A DNA stretch of 64,000 nucleotides, from NCBI GenBank assembly GCA_044440125.1, contig JBITAJ010000021.1:96001-160000 (forward strand). Direction: 5' to 3'. The position numbers and the translations under genes were made by a program. Positions within the stretch are counted from its first letter, which is position 1. Each line of letters opens with the position of its first letter. The DNA is from Sedimentisphaeraceae bacterium JB056. Lineage in GTDB: Bacteria > Planctomycetota > Phycisphaerae > Sedimentisphaerales > Sedimentisphaeraceae. Positions 20,887-30,083 of the stretch are shown here, one piece after another. The notes below the pieces were generated by a model. It did no database searches and had not been told where the DNA came from. It was given only the letters and a program-made list of their open reading frames with translations.

Positions 20887-21951
20887 TTAGCTCAATCTTC
20901 TAACTGCTGCGGTAGATTCCCTGACTACCAGCTCACTGCCAACTTTTACTGTATGTGCTGAGTCGGCTTCCTCACTCGTCATCCTCTGAACAAGCATCTT
21001 GCTTGCGTATTTTCCAACCTCACGGCCTTTTTGCATCACAGTTGTAAGTGCAGGCTGCATCTTACCGGTGAAATCAAGGCCGGAAAAACCAACAACAGAA
21101 AGCTCGGTAGGTATATCAATTCCAAGCTTTTTAGCCGCATTATAAACATCTATTGCAAGGTGGTCAGTCTCCGCGAATACAGCAGTAGGTCTGTTTTCTC
21201 CAGAAAGCATTTTTGTTGCAACCTCAAACCCATCACTGTTATTATCATCGCTAAGCTGCCACAGCTTAAATTGAACATCTTGATTTGACTTAAAAAGCGC
21301 AAATTCAAAATATTTCGTCCTCATAAGCTGCCAACTTCTCGCCGACTTCTGAAACTCAGAAAAACACGCTATATTAGTGTGGCCAAGTTCCAGCAAATGG
21401 TCAGCAACAAGCTTACTGCCCTGCTCCTCATCAGTCTGTACAGAATCAGCTTTGCAACCTTCCAAGCAGTGGTCTATAACTACAATGGGAAGATTATTAG
21501 TTTCATTAAGCTCAACCAGCGTGTCCTTATATGTCTCCGCAAAATCAGGCCATACAATAAGACCTTCCACCCTGTGCCCAATCAGCCTCTTTATATGCTC
21601 AAGGCCCTGCTGTTCATCCGCAAACTTCCTGGTATCACCTGCCCACAGCGTTATAGGCATATAATCAGCTTCTGTAAGCTGCTGATGAACACCGGAAAGA
21701 ACATCCGCCCAATAGGAGTCAAAAGGCGGAACAAGAACACCAACTGTCCGGCTCTTGCCGGTCTGTATACTTTGAACAAGCAGATTCTGATTCCAACCAA
21801 GCTCCTTAGCCACTTCAAAAACACGCTTCTTTGTATCTTCATGAAAGCGACCTTTGCCATTTCGCAAAATAATTGAAGCAGTGGCCAATGAGACGTTCGC
21901 CTCACGTGCTACATCTTTTAACTGTGGAACTATGTTTTTTGTTGAAGCCAT
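20887..21951 (-). CDS. LacI-family transcriptional regulator
   Basis: LKDVAREANVSLATASIIL HTH; HLLELGH; LSVVGF; LVVREST. Confidence 0.92.
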   Translation of the reverse strand: MASTKNIVPQLKDVAREANVSLATASIILRNGKGRFHEDTKKRVFEVAKELGWNQNLLVQSIQTGKSRTVGVLVPPFDSYWADVLSGVHQQLTEADYMPITLWAGDTRKFADEQQGLEHIKRLIGHRVEGLIVWPDFAETYKDTLVELNETNNLPIVVIDHCLEGCKADSVQTDEEQGSKLVADHLLELGHTNIACFSEFQKSARSWQLMRTKYFEFALFKSNQDVQFKLWQLSDDNNSDGFEVATKMLSGENRPTAVFAETDHLAIDVYNAAKKLGIDIPTELSVVGFSGLDFTGKMQPALTTVMQKGREVGKYASKMLVQRMTSEEADSAHTVKVGSELVVRESTAAVRRLS

Positions 21952-21977
21952 CTTAAATCCAGTATGATCATTAAATC

Positions 21978-22146
21978 TGCTAAAGTACTTTAACAGATAT
22001 TAACACATCAAAAAAATATTGTCAACATTATTTTAAAAAAATTGATAAAGTACTTTAACAAGTCAATAAGAAGGTTATTTTCAGACAAAAAAGCTTGATT
22101 TACCAAAAAATTAATATATACTCTAAATTGATAAAGCACTTTATCA
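21978..22146. promoter_or_regulatory. Divergent promoter region with three 18-bp palindromic operators
   Basis: TGCTAAAGTACTTTAACA (21978), TGATAAAGTACTTTAACA (22043), TGATAAAGCACTTTATCA (22129). Minus promoter TTGACA(22025)-17-TAATAT; plus promoter TTGATT(22095)-16-TATACT. Confidence 0.8.
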
Positions 22147-22191
22147 AGCCTTAAAAGGCGATATTAAATTTTTAAGAGGTCTATTTATTGA

Positions 22192-23721
22192 ATGAAAGTA
22201 TCTTTTTTAACATTCTTATTTCTGTCAGCCGGATTTGTCCAAGGCAAAATCGAGCTTAACAGCTTATTTTCAGATAACATGGTATTACAGCAAAACAGCG
22301 TCTGTATGCTTTGGGGGACTTCTGCGCCAAACACATATTTACATATAAGATATAGCTGGGAACCAAACTCACACAAAGTCCTGTCAGAGGAATCCGGCTG
22401 CTGGCAATCTGAGGTTTCCACACTGAAAGCCGGCGGACCATATAAAATAACAATTAAAAGCAAGAATGACTGCATAGAAATCAAAAACATACTTATAGGG
22501 GAAGTTTGGCTTTGCTCTGGGCAATCCAACATGCAATTGCCATTGATGGGATGGGAGACCGCCCCTGTCAAAAACTCTAAAAGAGAAATAGCAAACGCAG
22601 AGTACCCTCAAATCCGAATGTTCAATGTTCAATGCAATATTGCAACTGAACCACAGCAAAACTTTGACGGCAAGTGGACTGTCTGCTCACCTAACGGAGC
22701 AAAATGGTTCTCTGCCGTAGGTTATTTTTTCGCCAAAGAATTGCACCACCAGTTAAAATGCCCAATAGGCATGATAAACTCAAGTATGGGCGACACCCCG
22801 ATACAAGCCTGGATGAGTAACAAAAGCCTAAAAAGTTGTCAAGCAGGCAGGAAAACTTTAGCAGAATTCAAGGAAGCCATAAAAAATTATAAAACGGAAA
22901 GAAAAACATACGAAAAACGGCTTCAGCAATGGCAACAAAACGGACAAAAACCGTCCACAAAGCCCTTTAAACCGATACATGAATCTCACAGCAGAAGACC
23001 TTCAGGCAGATACAATGCAATGATAGCACCTGCCCTTAAATACAAAATCAAAGGTGTAATCTGGTATCAGGGAGAAAACAACAGATCACAAGCAAAAGAA
23101 TACAACAACCTTTTCCCTGCAATGATAAAGAGCTGGAGAAGCGAATTCGGACTCAAAGATATACCTTTTTACTATGCCCAGCTAACAGCATTCTACAAGC
23201 ACTGCCCTAATACTGATGTTGTAATCGAACCGGAAAAACCTAAAAATGAAGACTGGCCGCAATTGAGACAGGCACAACTGGAGACAATGAAAGTCAACAA
23301 TACAGGAATGGCTGTAACTATTGATATCGGAAGCAAGAACAATATTCATCCTCCAGATAAAGAAACTGTCGGCAAACGACTTGCGGCATGGGCATTTGCT
23401 AATGACTACAATCAAAATATACCATTTTGCGGCCCGCTATACTACCATAAAGAAAACAAAGGCAGCAAAATTCGCATATATTTCAAAAACGCAACAGGAC
23501 TTCACAGCACCGGCAACGGCAACATCTTTGCAGTAGCCGGAGAAGACAACGTTTACAGATGGGCGGAATTCGAAATACAAGACGATACAGTAATCGTCTG
23601 GAATGACAGTATAGAAAAACCGGTAAATGTAAGATTCAGCTGGATGAACTATCCAGAGATTTATATTTACAATTCCTACTCACTGCCAATGAGTCCTTTT
23701 ACAACAGAAAAATTATTTTAA
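22192..23721 (+). CDS. Sialate O-acetylesterase-family (SASA) carbohydrate esterase
   Basis: LFSDNMVLQQ, GEVWLCSGQSNM, WYQGE, NIHPPDK. Confidence 0.9.
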   Translation: MKVSFLTFLFLSAGFVQGKIELNSLFSDNMVLQQNSVCMLWGTSAPNTYLHIRYSWEPNSHKVLSEESGCWQSEVSTLKAGGPYKITIKSKNDCIEIKNILIGEVWLCSGQSNMQLPLMGWETAPVKNSKREIANAEYPQIRMFNVQCNIATEPQQNFDGKWTVCSPNGAKWFSAVGYFFAKELHHQLKCPIGMINSSMGDTPIQAWMSNKSLKSCQAGRKTLAEFKEAIKNYKTERKTYEKRLQQWQQNGQKPSTKPFKPIHESHSRRPSGRYNAMIAPALKYKIKGVIWYQGENNRSQAKEYNNLFPAMIKSWRSEFGLKDIPFYYAQLTAFYKHCPNTDVVIEPEKPKNEDWPQLRQAQLETMKVNNTGMAVTIDIGSKNNIHPPDKETVGKRLAAWAFANDYNQNIPFCGPLYYHKENKGSKIRIYFKNATGLHSTGNGNIFAVAGEDNVYRWAEFEIQDDTVIVWNDSIEKPVNVRFSWMNYPEIYIYNSYSLPMSPFTTEKLF

Positions 23722-23738
23722 CAATAGAGAGGTATACT

Positions 23739-25712
23739 TTGACTTATTTAGGAACGACAGATCTTGTCATCATAGGCTTTTATCTTTTTGTACTTGTGGT
23801 ACTTGGATTCTATCTACAGAAAAAAGCATCTGCCTCAATGGACGACTATTTCCTTGGAGGCAAAAGCCTTCCGTGGTGGGCAATAGGCATCTCGGGAATG
23901 GGCTGGTCACTTGATATCACCGGCACTATGCTGATAGCCTCACTGCTATACCTGCTTGGCCCAAGAGGATTGTTTATTGAATTCCGTGGCGGAGTTCCGC
24001 TTGGCCTTATATTCGTAATGGCCTGGACTGGAAAATGGCACAGACGTTCCAACTGTATGACCGGAGCGCAATGGCAAGCGTACCGTTTTGGAACAGGAGC
24101 ATCAGGAAAGTTCGCAAGAATACTGGCTGCCCTTGCTGGAATAGTTTTCACAATCGGCATGCTTGCATATCTGGTAAAAGGTGTAGGTCTATTCATCTCA
24201 ACCTTCATCCCGACGCTGACACCTATCCAATGTTCACTCATCATGATAGGTATAGCCACATTATACACAGTAACATCCGGCTTCTACGGCGTTGTATACA
24301 GCGACATTTTTCAGGCATTTCTAATATTCCTGGGAATAATAGTAGTTACGACACTGGCTATCAAAAAAGTACCCGACGGAGCAGAGCTTGCTGCTATAAG
24401 CTCCTCTATAACTGGATGCAGCGATTGGATGACAAGCCTGCCGCAAATGAAGACTGCTATGCCCAAGTCATACGAAATGTATGAATGCTTATTTATGTTC
24501 ACCGTATTTTTGATACTTCGAAACCTTATACTCGGCGCAGCCAGCGGAAACACGCCACAGTATTTCGCCGCAAAGAATGAAAGAGAATGCGGGAAAATAG
24601 CATGCCTATGGTCTTCACTGCTTATGTTTAGATGGCCAATGATGATCGGATACGCTATCCTTGGCATTTATCTCATAAAAGATCTCTTTCCAGATATGAG
24701 CGTACTCGCTGATGCCGCTAACGTCATACACTCCGCAATGCCGGAAATCACAAAGGATCAGTGGCCAAACGAAATTGCAAGAATCGTAGCCAACCCCGAA
24801 CAGTATACATCAATAACAACACAGCTAAGTGAGATTCTGGGCAGCAAATGGTCAGAAAGCCTGCAACTGATAAGTTTTGAAGGCACAGTAAATGCAGAAC
24901 GAATCCTTCCCGCAGTCTTGCTTTACTGTATACCGGCAGGTTTCAAGGGGCTTATATTGGTAACATTGATTGCAGCTTCAATGTCAACTTTCGACTCAAC
25001 GATAAACCTCGCTGCCCCCCTCTTCACAAAAGACATATACATAACATTCCTAAGACCAAAGGCTCAAAACAGAGAAGCTCTCACTGTAACATACATTTTC
25101 AGTGTTCTCATGGTAGCTGTAGCATTCTTCATGGGCTACAAAGCCAAAAGCATAAACGAAATATGGGGATGGATAATGATGGGCTTAAGCTCCGGCCTTG
25201 CCATACCGGGAATGCTTCGCCTCTACTGGTGGCGATTTAACGGACAGGGATTTGCGATCGGCACATTTTCAGGTATGTTTGCCGCAATAATACAGAGAGC
25301 AATCTGGCCGGAGTTGCCTGAGATTACCCAATTCATATCACTGAGCCTGATATCGCTGTTCTTTGCTGTTTTAGGCACATACCTGACTGCACCAACTCCG
25401 CGTGATGTACTGGAAAACTTCTATAAGACAACACGACCATTCGGACTTTGGGGGCCGTTCAAAAACACACTGCCACCTACTGTACAGGTTGCTCTCAAAA
25501 AAGAAAATACTAACAGCCTGATAAGCGTTCCATTCATATTCATCTGGATGATATCAATGTATATGATGCCGATGCAACTTATGATAAGGGATTTTAATGC
25601 ATTTTTTATAACATTAATACTGTTTATAATCGGTCTTGGCGGTATACTTAAATTCTGGGTAGGTAATTATCACTCAACAGATGCTATAGAAAAACTGGAG
25701 GAGCAGATTTGA
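23739..25712 (+). CDS. Sodium:solute symporter
   Basis: DYFLGGKSLPWW, many hydrophobic segments, AASMSTFDS; TTG start with GAGG upstream. Confidence 0.9.
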   Translation: MTYLGTTDLVIIGFYLFVLVVLGFYLQKKASASMDDYFLGGKSLPWWAIGISGMGWSLDITGTMLIASLLYLLGPRGLFIEFRGGVPLGLIFVMAWTGKWHRRSNCMTGAQWQAYRFGTGASGKFARILAALAGIVFTIGMLAYLVKGVGLFISTFIPTLTPIQCSLIMIGIATLYTVTSGFYGVVYSDIFQAFLIFLGIIVVTTLAIKKVPDGAELAAISSSITGCSDWMTSLPQMKTAMPKSYEMYECLFMFTVFLILRNLILGAASGNTPQYFAAKNERECGKIACLWSSLLMFRWPMMIGYAILGIYLIKDLFPDMSVLADAANVIHSAMPEITKDQWPNEIARIVANPEQYTSITTQLSEILGSKWSESLQLISFEGTVNAERILPAVLLYCIPAGFKGLILVTLIAASMSTFDSTINLAAPLFTKDIYITFLRPKAQNREALTVTYIFSVLMVAVAFFMGYKAKSINEIWGWIMMGLSSGLAIPGMLRLYWWRFNGQGFAIGTFSGMFAAIIQRAIWPELPEITQFISLSLISLFFAVLGTYLTAPTPRDVLENFYKTTRPFGLWGPFKNTLPPTVQVALKKENTNSLISVPFIFIWMISMYMMPMQLMIRDFNAFFITLILFIIGLGGILKFWVGNYHSTDAIEKLEEQI

Positions 25713-28024
25713 AAACAAGGCTGCTAACAATGAAGTCATTAACAATATTTGTAATCTTATTTACATGCTACTCAGCAGTATTTGCAACCAATATTGCTAT
25801 GATCGGCAACAACGATGCGCTGAAAAAAGAACTCAGTCTGGATGGTTACAAGATAACAGCAATTACAGAAAAAAATCTTTTTAATAAAGAAATATTCAAC
25901 ATAAACACTTACGACATTTTGCTTGTAACAGAAAGCGAGAATCTGCCTCAGGAGTGTGCAGAAAGCTTATTAAGCTTTATCAGGAAAGGCGGCGACTTAA
26001 TCCTGCTTGGGGGGCATGCCTTTAAGAATATTAATTTTGAAAAAACCCTACCGGTCTTTTACGATGACGAAACAAACTACTTTAACAACACCGCATATCT
26101 TAAAAGATACGATAGTCAAAAAGTAACGCAGCAAAAATGGGAAATAGAATTATCCGGCATAAATGCAATAGGCTATTCTATTGTAAGTACCTCTAGATAT
26201 ATTCCTTTACTTGAAGTTTACAATAAAAGCGATGTGCCTATGGATTTTGCTGCTGGAATACTTATCCATTACAACGGCGAGTTTGAAGGCGGCAGATGGT
26301 TTATAAGCGGTGTTTATGATGGTGATTTTTACAAAACACCAGTATTTATAAACACACTTAAAACCACATTAAAAAAAGTCGCTCCTGAAAGATACATTGC
26401 TAATATGAAGTTGAAAGACAAAATTGCACGCCAGGACAGGCTTAAGCCTGTCTCCGGAAAGATGCAGAAAATCATAATCTCCGATGACGGCAGAAGTTTA
26501 ATCAAAGAGAATGGTCAACCCTTTTTCATAATCGGCACAAATTACATCGGGACATCTGAATCTAAATGTTCGCATATGTCTGAAAACTTCATCCTTGAAA
26601 ATATACGCAAGGATTTTGAAAGAGCTAACAAGATAGGTATCAACTGTTTTCGTTTCTGGATTGAAGGTCTTGACAATAGACTCGACAGACTCGAAAGCGT
26701 AATTGCATTAGCTCAAAAATATGATATCTACCTATTGCTTCAGCCTACCGCTCACCCAATGGAAAACATCGAAGACTTGAGTAAGTTGTTTTCTGATCTT
26801 GCTAAATGTTCAAAACCATACAATGCGGTAATTGGATTCGACTTGATGAACGAACCGTATATTACAACAGTAGGTTCTGTAATGACTGGCGGCAAGCCCG
26901 GGCGAATCATAAGAGAAAACGCTTTTGACAAATACAAAGATAGTGGGCTCTACAACAAAGAATGGGTTCTTAAAAACGCAGCCAATCGAAGCGGATGGCC
27001 GGAAATGAGTAAGTGGGTTACGACAGAACAAGCACGTAATCTTTACACTTCATTTGATATTGCGAAACAATACAGCGAAAAATTCATCGAATCTAAAGAC
27101 TATTCATCACTTCAGGGCATCGAAGAAATGCTTCCATTCGAGAATGAATATGAAGTTTTCTTCAACAATGTAAATACCGACTTCAGCAACTGGATAAACA
27201 TACAGAAGACTGCGATAAAAAAACAAAATGACTCTTACTTTATAACAGTTGGCTACAACACTTCACTTACAGCATTACCGGCAAACAAATCTCTGGATAT
27301 AGTCAGTCATCATCTTTATCAGCCGCCATCTTCTTATGAAGACATGGTAAAATCAGTAACGACGTTTGACAGACTGCAAAGGCTCTACCCCGACAAACCC
27401 ATAACACTCGGAGAATTCGGTTACAGCTCATACTTCGTATTGCCTGATGGCGAGTTTCTTGGCGACCAGACAAGTTCTGTCGCAGAGATGATGATATACC
27501 TTTATGCTTTCGCCAACAATTACAGCGGAGCAATGTCGTGGATGTTATCTGACTGGCCGGTTCCAATAATGGAACGAACGGCATGGTGGATAAGCAAGAA
27601 AGATCAGGCATATCAAGCAGGATTTGGTTTGTTCAGATACAATGGAACAGACGAAGGTAAACCTAAACCGATTGCAACTGCAATCAAGATTTTCAGCCAA
27701 TACATAAAAAACACCACTGCAGGAAAAGGCAGATTTGAAATACATCGTTCTTCAAAATCGCCCATTGGCTGTGGATACTCCTATAAAAGCAAAGATGCTC
27801 TGTTCATAGGCGACATAGACTACTCTGATGCAAACTTGAATTTCACATCACCGGTAATGACCAACTTGATGATAATCCAAAGCAGCACCAAACTTGAGCT
27901 TACGTCTTCAACAAACTTAAAGATAAACATGAATCTTAAATGCTTCAGTGCAAATAAACCTGAAAATTTTAAAAAGATAGAACTTTTAGCCGGACAAACA
28001 AAGACTATTGAAATAAAGGAATAA
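25709..28024 (+). CDS. Clan GH-A (GH5-like) glycoside hydrolase, probable beta-mannanase/mannosidase
   Basis: IGTNY, GINCFRFW, acid/base FDLMNEP, nucleophile TLGEFG; adjacent to GH130 genes. Confidence 0.7.
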   Translation: MKTRLLTMKSLTIFVILFTCYSAVFATNIAMIGNNDALKKELSLDGYKITAITEKNLFNKEIFNINTYDILLVTESENLPQECAESLLSFIRKGGDLILLGGHAFKNINFEKTLPVFYDDETNYFNNTAYLKRYDSQKVTQQKWEIELSGINAIGYSIVSTSRYIPLLEVYNKSDVPMDFAAGILIHYNGEFEGGRWFISGVYDGDFYKTPVFINTLKTTLKKVAPERYIANMKLKDKIARQDRLKPVSGKMQKIIISDDGRSLIKENGQPFFIIGTNYIGTSESKCSHMSENFILENIRKDFERANKIGINCFRFWIEGLDNRLDRLESVIALAQKYDIYLLLQPTAHPMENIEDLSKLFSDLAKCSKPYNAVIGFDLMNEPYITTVGSVMTGGKPGRIIRENAFDKYKDSGLYNKEWVLKNAANRSGWPEMSKWVTTEQARNLYTSFDIAKQYSEKFIESKDYSSLQGIEEMLPFENEYEVFFNNVNTDFSNWINIQKTAIKKQNDSYFITVGYNTSLTALPANKSLDIVSHHLYQPPSSYEDMVKSVTTFDRLQRLYPDKPITLGEFGYSSYFVLPDGEFLGDQTSSVAEMMIYLYAFANNYSGAMSWMLSDWPVPIMERTAWWISKKDQAYQAGFGLFRYNGTDEGKPKPIATAIKIFSQYIKNTTAGKGRFEIHRSSKSPIGCGYSYKSKDALFIGDIDYSDANLNFTSPVMTNLMIIQSSTKLELTSSTNLKINMNLKCFSANKPENFKKIELLAGQTKTIEIKE

Positions 28025-28025
28025 T

Positions 28026-29042
28026 ATGAAACTCAAACGTTATGATAAAAACCCTATAATATCACCTGACAATAAAAATGACTGGGAAAGTCTTGTAACT
28101 ACAAATCCAAGTGCATGGTACGATGAAAATGATGGCGAAGTTAAAATGCTTTATCGCGCAGCAGGCAATGATGCCAAACATATCGTAAGATTCGGTCTCG
28201 CTGTCAGCAGAAACGGTTACGATTTTGAGAGAGTATCCGACAAACCAGTCTTTTCTCCAAGCAAAAACGGTTTCGATGCGGGCTGCGTTGAAGACCCGAG
28301 AATGATAAAAATCGGAGACTACTACTACATTACCTATGCAACCAGAATTTTCCCTCCTGGACAATACTGGCTTGAAGGCGGACCTTACGTACCACCAACA
28401 TGCCCGGAAGACTTCCCATCACTCGTACGAGAGAATTCCACCGTAACAGGATTGGCTATCACTAAAGACTTCAAGACATGGATTCGTCCGGGAAGAATGA
28501 CAAACCCCAAAATAGACGATCGTGATGTGATACTGTTTCCCGAAAAAATAAACGGCAAGTATGCTCTTATACATAGACCAATGAGCTGGGTTGGCGAAGA
28601 ATACGGCACCGAACATCCCGCAATGTGGATATCATTCTCAGATGACATGCTCGTCTGGCAGGACAGCAAACTTCTTGCCAAAGGCACAGAAGACTGGGAA
28701 CTTAAAATCGGAGGCAACACACCGCCTCTTCGAACCGAACACGGCTGGCTCACAACCTATCACGGCGTTGGACAGGACGGCTACTACAGACTTGGAGCAA
28801 TGCTGCTTGATACCGAAGAACCGTGGAAAGTGACCCATAGAACAAAAGAGTGGATACTTGAACCAAAAGAAGACTACGAAACACATGGATGTTATGAAGG
28901 CGGTGGAGTCGTGTTCCCATGCGGCAAAGTAATTATCGATGATACATTATTCGTATACTATGGAGCAGCAGACAAATATGTCGGACTCGCAACTTGTAAG
29001 ACAACCGAGCTTTTTGATTATCTGCTCAGTTGTCCGGTTTAA
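28026..29042 (+). CDS. GH130 beta-mannoside phosphorylase-like protein
   Basis: MLYRA, GCVEDPR, IHRP, KIGG, YHGV, VVFPCG, YYGAAD. Confidence 0.9.
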   Translation: MKLKRYDKNPIISPDNKNDWESLVTTNPSAWYDENDGEVKMLYRAAGNDAKHIVRFGLAVSRNGYDFERVSDKPVFSPSKNGFDAGCVEDPRMIKIGDYYYITYATRIFPPGQYWLEGGPYVPPTCPEDFPSLVRENSTVTGLAITKDFKTWIRPGRMTNPKIDDRDVILFPEKINGKYALIHRPMSWVGEEYGTEHPAMWISFSDDMLVWQDSKLLAKGTEDWELKIGGNTPPLRTEHGWLTTYHGVGQDGYYRLGAMLLDTEEPWKVTHRTKEWILEPKEDYETHGCYEGGGVVFPCGKVIIDDTLFVYYGAADKYVGLATCKTTELFDYLLSCPV

Positions 29043-29071
29043 CAGCACATACTAAGACAAGGAAAATAACG

Positions 29072-30070
29072 ATGTATCAAACAGAAAACAGCAGCAATGT
29101 TAAGATGCCAGCAAACTTCCCCTGGATGGATAAACCAAAAAATTGCGAAGAAGCTATCTGGCGTGAAACCAGAAACCCAATAATAAATCGTAATCCGGTC
29201 AAAAATGTCAAAAGAATATACAACAGTGCAGTGATTCCTTTTGAAGACCACTATATTGCTGTTTTACGGGCTGACTATAAAAACGGGATGCCATTTCTCC
29301 ATCTCGGCGAAAGCGAAGATGGATTGAACTGGAATATCAGCGACAAGAAGCTCCTGTTCAGCACTACAGATGGAATTCCCGGAATGGATGAATATGCATA
29401 CGATCCAAGAGTTACGTACATTGATGGAAAATACTACATAACATGGTGCAATGGATACGGCGGACCAACCATCGGTGTTGCAGGAACAACTGATTTCAAA
29501 AACATAGAACAATACGAAAATGCGTTCCTGCCATTCAATAGAAACGGCGTACTTCTTCCCAAAAAGATCAATGGCAACTTTGCCATGCTGAGCCGACCAA
29601 GCGACAACGGCCACACTCCTTTCGGTGATATCTACTACAGCGAAAGCCCGGATATGTGTTTCTGGGGAAAACACCGACATGTGTTATCGCCAACAGAAAC
29701 ATGGTGGGAATGTACTAAAGTCGGAGCTGGCCCAACGCCAATAGAGACATCTCAAGGCTGGCTGCTATTCTATCATGGCGTAATGAGTACATGCAGCGGA
29801 CTCGTATACAGTATGGGAGCCACCCTGCTCGACTTAGAAAAGCCATGGATTGTCATCGGAAGAACAAAAGAAGCACTTCTTACTCCAGAAACAGACTATG
29901 AAACCATAGGCCACGTTCCAAATGTAATTTTCCCATGCGCATCATTATACGATGAGCATACTGGCAGAATCGCTATATACTACGGTGCCGCAGATACTAC
30001 TACATGTCTGGCCTACACCACCTGTGAAAAGATAATAAACGAAATTGCAAAATCAGCACCATCTGTATAG
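29072..30070 (+). CDS. GH130 beta-1,4-mannooligosaccharide phosphorylase-like protein
   Basis: IYNSAVIPF, YDPRV, FLPFNRNGVL, SRPSDNGHTPFGDI, KVGAGPTPI, YYGAAD. Start moved to ATG 29072 (AAGGA upstream). Confidence 0.92.
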   Translation: MYQTENSSNVKMPANFPWMDKPKNCEEAIWRETRNPIINRNPVKNVKRIYNSAVIPFEDHYIAVLRADYKNGMPFLHLGESEDGLNWNISDKKLLFSTTDGIPGMDEYAYDPRVTYIDGKYYITWCNGYGGPTIGVAGTTDFKNIEQYENAFLPFNRNGVLLPKKINGNFAMLSRPSDNGHTPFGDIYYSESPDMCFWGKHRHVLSPTETWWECTKVGAGPTPIETSQGWLLFYHGVMSTCSGLVYSMGATLLDLEKPWIVIGRTKEALLTPETDYETIGHVPNVIFPCASLYDEHTGRIAIYYGAADTTTCLAYTTCEKIINEIAKSAPSV

Positions 30071-30083
30071 TCCTGTGATAAGT

